IMG/VR virus record: IMGVR_UViG_3300005289_000016
Coordinates: 62,001 to 126,000 of that record
Direction: 5' to 3' (one strand)
DNA: 64,000 bases
A program made the position numbers and the translations under genes. This document shows positions 62,079 to 64,000 of the stretch, piece after piece. The notes under the pieces were generated by a model, which was not told the origin of the DNA, did no database searches, and worked only from the letters and a program-made list of their open reading frames with translations. Within the stretch, counting starts at the first letter, position 1. Each line of letters opens with the position of its first letter.

Positions 62079-63539
62079 ATGCATACTTCTCAAACGACCC
62101 ATCACCGCATCTTCTTCGCCAACGTTACCAAACCAGACTACCTTGAAGGTCTGTGTCTGGACCTTGGCTTCGAGAAGGTGAGCGACACCATCTACGACCT
62201 CGTTCTGGACGAAGGCCACTCGATGAGCGTGGAAGGCGCCTGCCGTATCGCCGTCAAGGTAGCTGCACTGGGCAACGCCGAAGGCGATCCGGAAGACCTG
62301 CAATTCATGCTGGGTGCGCTGGCACGCTTGCTCGCTGAACGTGGCTACACGCCTCACAGCACCACCTTCGACGCTGACGTCGATCTGGAACTGTTGGTCG
62401 ATCAAGACATCTCGTGCCTGGAACTGTTCGACCTGCTGTCGGCATTGTCTTACGGGTACGAAGTGCGCGGCATCTACTCTCAATGGGCCATGAACAGCAG
62501 CAAGGCAGAGTTCGGTGCTCATGCTGGCGGAACCCGCATCACCATGCGCGATTTCTCCATCCCGTGCCAAGTGTATCCGAACGATGCAGAAGGTCTGATC
62601 CACCTGCTCGCTCAGCACAGTCCTGAGAACATCGGCGACATCTACCTCATGAAGCTGATCCTGCCTCTGATCGAGATGCCGGGTATCTTGAACAAGACCA
62701 TGGAGCTGTCTGTCCATGCTGCCCTAGCCCGTTTCTTGGGCGGTGTGCCTCAGATAAAGTTGTACCACGAACGCCCCAACGCACCGGTCCCGGATATTGG
62801 ACCCGACCCACTGGCTCGTGAGTACACCCCACCGATCGCTCCAGCGTTGATCGCTCAGACGTTTGCGAGTATGCAGCGTCAAGGCATCGACCCGAAAGAC
62901 ATCGAGATCAAGGGTGTAAAGTTCCGTGATTCCAAGCCTCTTACTCCGAACGACTTCCGCAACTTCCAGCCGGCACCATTGAGCGGTATTCCGGTCGACC
63001 TGCAATTCTACCTGCTGTGGTACGGCTACTCACCACTGAGCTACATCCGCGGTGAGCTGGAGATCGCTTGCGACATGGAGAAGATCTCTGCTCAGGTGCA
63101 GGCAATTCGTGAAAGTCTGGAATGTGGCGATGATTCGAAGATCCCGCCGATGGGCCGGTTCAACGAGCAGTACATCTCCTCGCCGAAAGACCCGGTCCTG
63201 CGTCCTGACGACGTTCTGGAACGCGGTCGTTCGACCATGCTGTCTCAGACTGGTTTCGAGCAGGATGCGGTGCCGTTTGACCGTGGAGTTTTGCAAGACA
63301 TCCACAATGAAGCCGCAGGCATGGCACGCAGCAGTCAACGTGACGTGATCGACCGTGAAACCCATCGCCCTACCTCGCAGAGTGAGCCGGGTATTCCAAG
63401 TGTCATGGTTCTAGAGAAGACCGGCCCAGACTATTCGGAAGTGTCTTCTTCACGCCAGTCGTTTGCTGAACCTTCCCCGTCACCGTCTCCAGACAACAGC
63501 CCAAGCAGCAGCGACAACAGCACTTCGTCGTTCGACTAA
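62079..63539 (+). CDS. Hypothetical protein with a Ser-rich acidic C-terminal tail
   Basis: AAGGG RBS; 486 aa; ends SPSSSDNSTSSFD. Confidence 0.7.
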   Translation: MHTSQTTHHRIFFANVTKPDYLEGLCLDLGFEKVSDTIYDLVLDEGHSMSVEGACRIAVKVAALGNAEGDPEDLQFMLGALARLLAERGYTPHSTTFDADVDLELLVDQDISCLELFDLLSALSYGYEVRGIYSQWAMNSSKAEFGAHAGGTRITMRDFSIPCQVYPNDAEGLIHLLAQHSPENIGDIYLMKLILPLIEMPGILNKTMELSVHAALARFLGGVPQIKLYHERPNAPVPDIGPDPLAREYTPPIAPALIAQTFASMQRQGIDPKDIEIKGVKFRDSKPLTPNDFRNFQPAPLSGIPVDLQFYLLWYGYSPLSYIRGELEIACDMEKISAQVQAIRESLECGDDSKIPPMGRFNEQYISSPKDPVLRPDDVLERGRSTMLSQTGFEQDAVPFDRGVLQDIHNEAAGMARSSQRDVIDRETHRPTSQSEPGIPSVMVLEKTGPDYSEVSSSRQSFAEPSPSPSPDNSPSSSDNSTSSFD

Positions 63540-63551
63540 CCAAACATAACC

Positions 63552-63571
63552 GGAGGGGCGTGTGCCCCTCC
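63552..63571. terminator. Hairpin/terminator
   Basis: GGAGGGGC/GCCCCTCC, with CATA 3 nt upstream. Confidence 0.55.
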
Positions 63572-63605
63572 ACCTTAACCGTATAGACAACTAGGAGTTT
63601 CACCC

Positions 63606-64000
63606 GTGGACGAAACCACCAAAGCAGTTGACAATATCGAATTCGATACTCTGAAACAAGAGTCGGCCATCTTGGACATGTTCGAGGCGATCAAGAACCC
63701 GAACTACAAGAAGGTCAAGAAGTTTGCTGCTCGCATGTACAACGAGTGCACCCTCGAGATCCAGAAGCGTCTGTGCCGGGACATCTACCGCGCTGACGAT
63801 CCGGTCAAGTACATGCGTTCGTGCATCAACAAGATTCGTGACTGTGCCATTCTCGTGGAACAGTTCATCGAAGACGGTTGCCACGGCATGATCTTCACCG
63901 GCGCCAACGGTACTGACGTGTGGCCTGTCCAACTGACCACTCGCATTGCCGTGAGCTGGTTGGAAGACGGCAAGCGTTGGGACGAAGAGCAGGAAATGAT
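63606..64000 (+). CDS. Hypothetical protein, truncated by the window end
   Basis: AGGAG RBS, GTG start, open to the end (MDETTKAVDNIEFD...). Confidence 0.65.
   Translation, partial: MDETTKAVDNIEFDTLKQESAILDMFEAIKNPNYKKVKKFAARMYNECTLEIQKRLCRDIYRADDPVKYMRSCINKIRDCAILVEQFIEDGCHGMIFTGANGTDVWPVQLTTRIAVSWLEDGKRWDEEQEM

Noticed and set aside
1-64000. Chimallin, PhuZ, integrase, transposase, inteins or homing endonucleases
   Set aside because: No supporting motifs in this window; chimallin is expected upstream of it.

Overview
The window is a 64-kb segment of a phiKZ-like (Chimalliviridae, nucleus-forming) jumbo phage genome. Family assignments below come from motif recognition and gene order, not from database searches. 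In order, it holds: (i) the core block SbcD-like nuclease, ChmC-like, nvRNAP gp68-like subunit, PicA-like, gp70-like, nvRNAP beta and beta' subunits, and SF2 helicase; (ii) accessory genes; (iii) a minus-strand virion-RNAP beta' operon with a 963-aa repeat protein; (iv) a gene pair apparently joined by a -1 ribosomal frameshift; (v) a 1.4-kb non-coding island; (vi) the exonuclease half of the split family-B DNA polymerase; (vii) the head/inner-body and baseplate structural cluster; and (viii) more accessory genes (macrodomain, SLOG-like, thymidylate kinase). The most unusual signal is the non-coding island at about 28680-30060. There, four normal tRNAs (Tyr, Asp, Gln, Asn) are interleaved with tRNA-mimic-like RNAs: a strand-swapped twin tRNA with two D/T elbows, a tRNA-Glu-like gene with a 35-nt hairpin in its anticodon loop, and two non-tRNA folds ending in GCCA. 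Other notable signals are the T_TTT_TTC frameshift site at 25172, a six-copy TTCGA-N14-TACATTAT promoter motif, hairpin-plus-TATG elements, a 10-bp-phased TGGAC array, a mini-protein carrying the RNAP ADFDGD motif, and a sigma70-type promoter with an operator-like palindrome.
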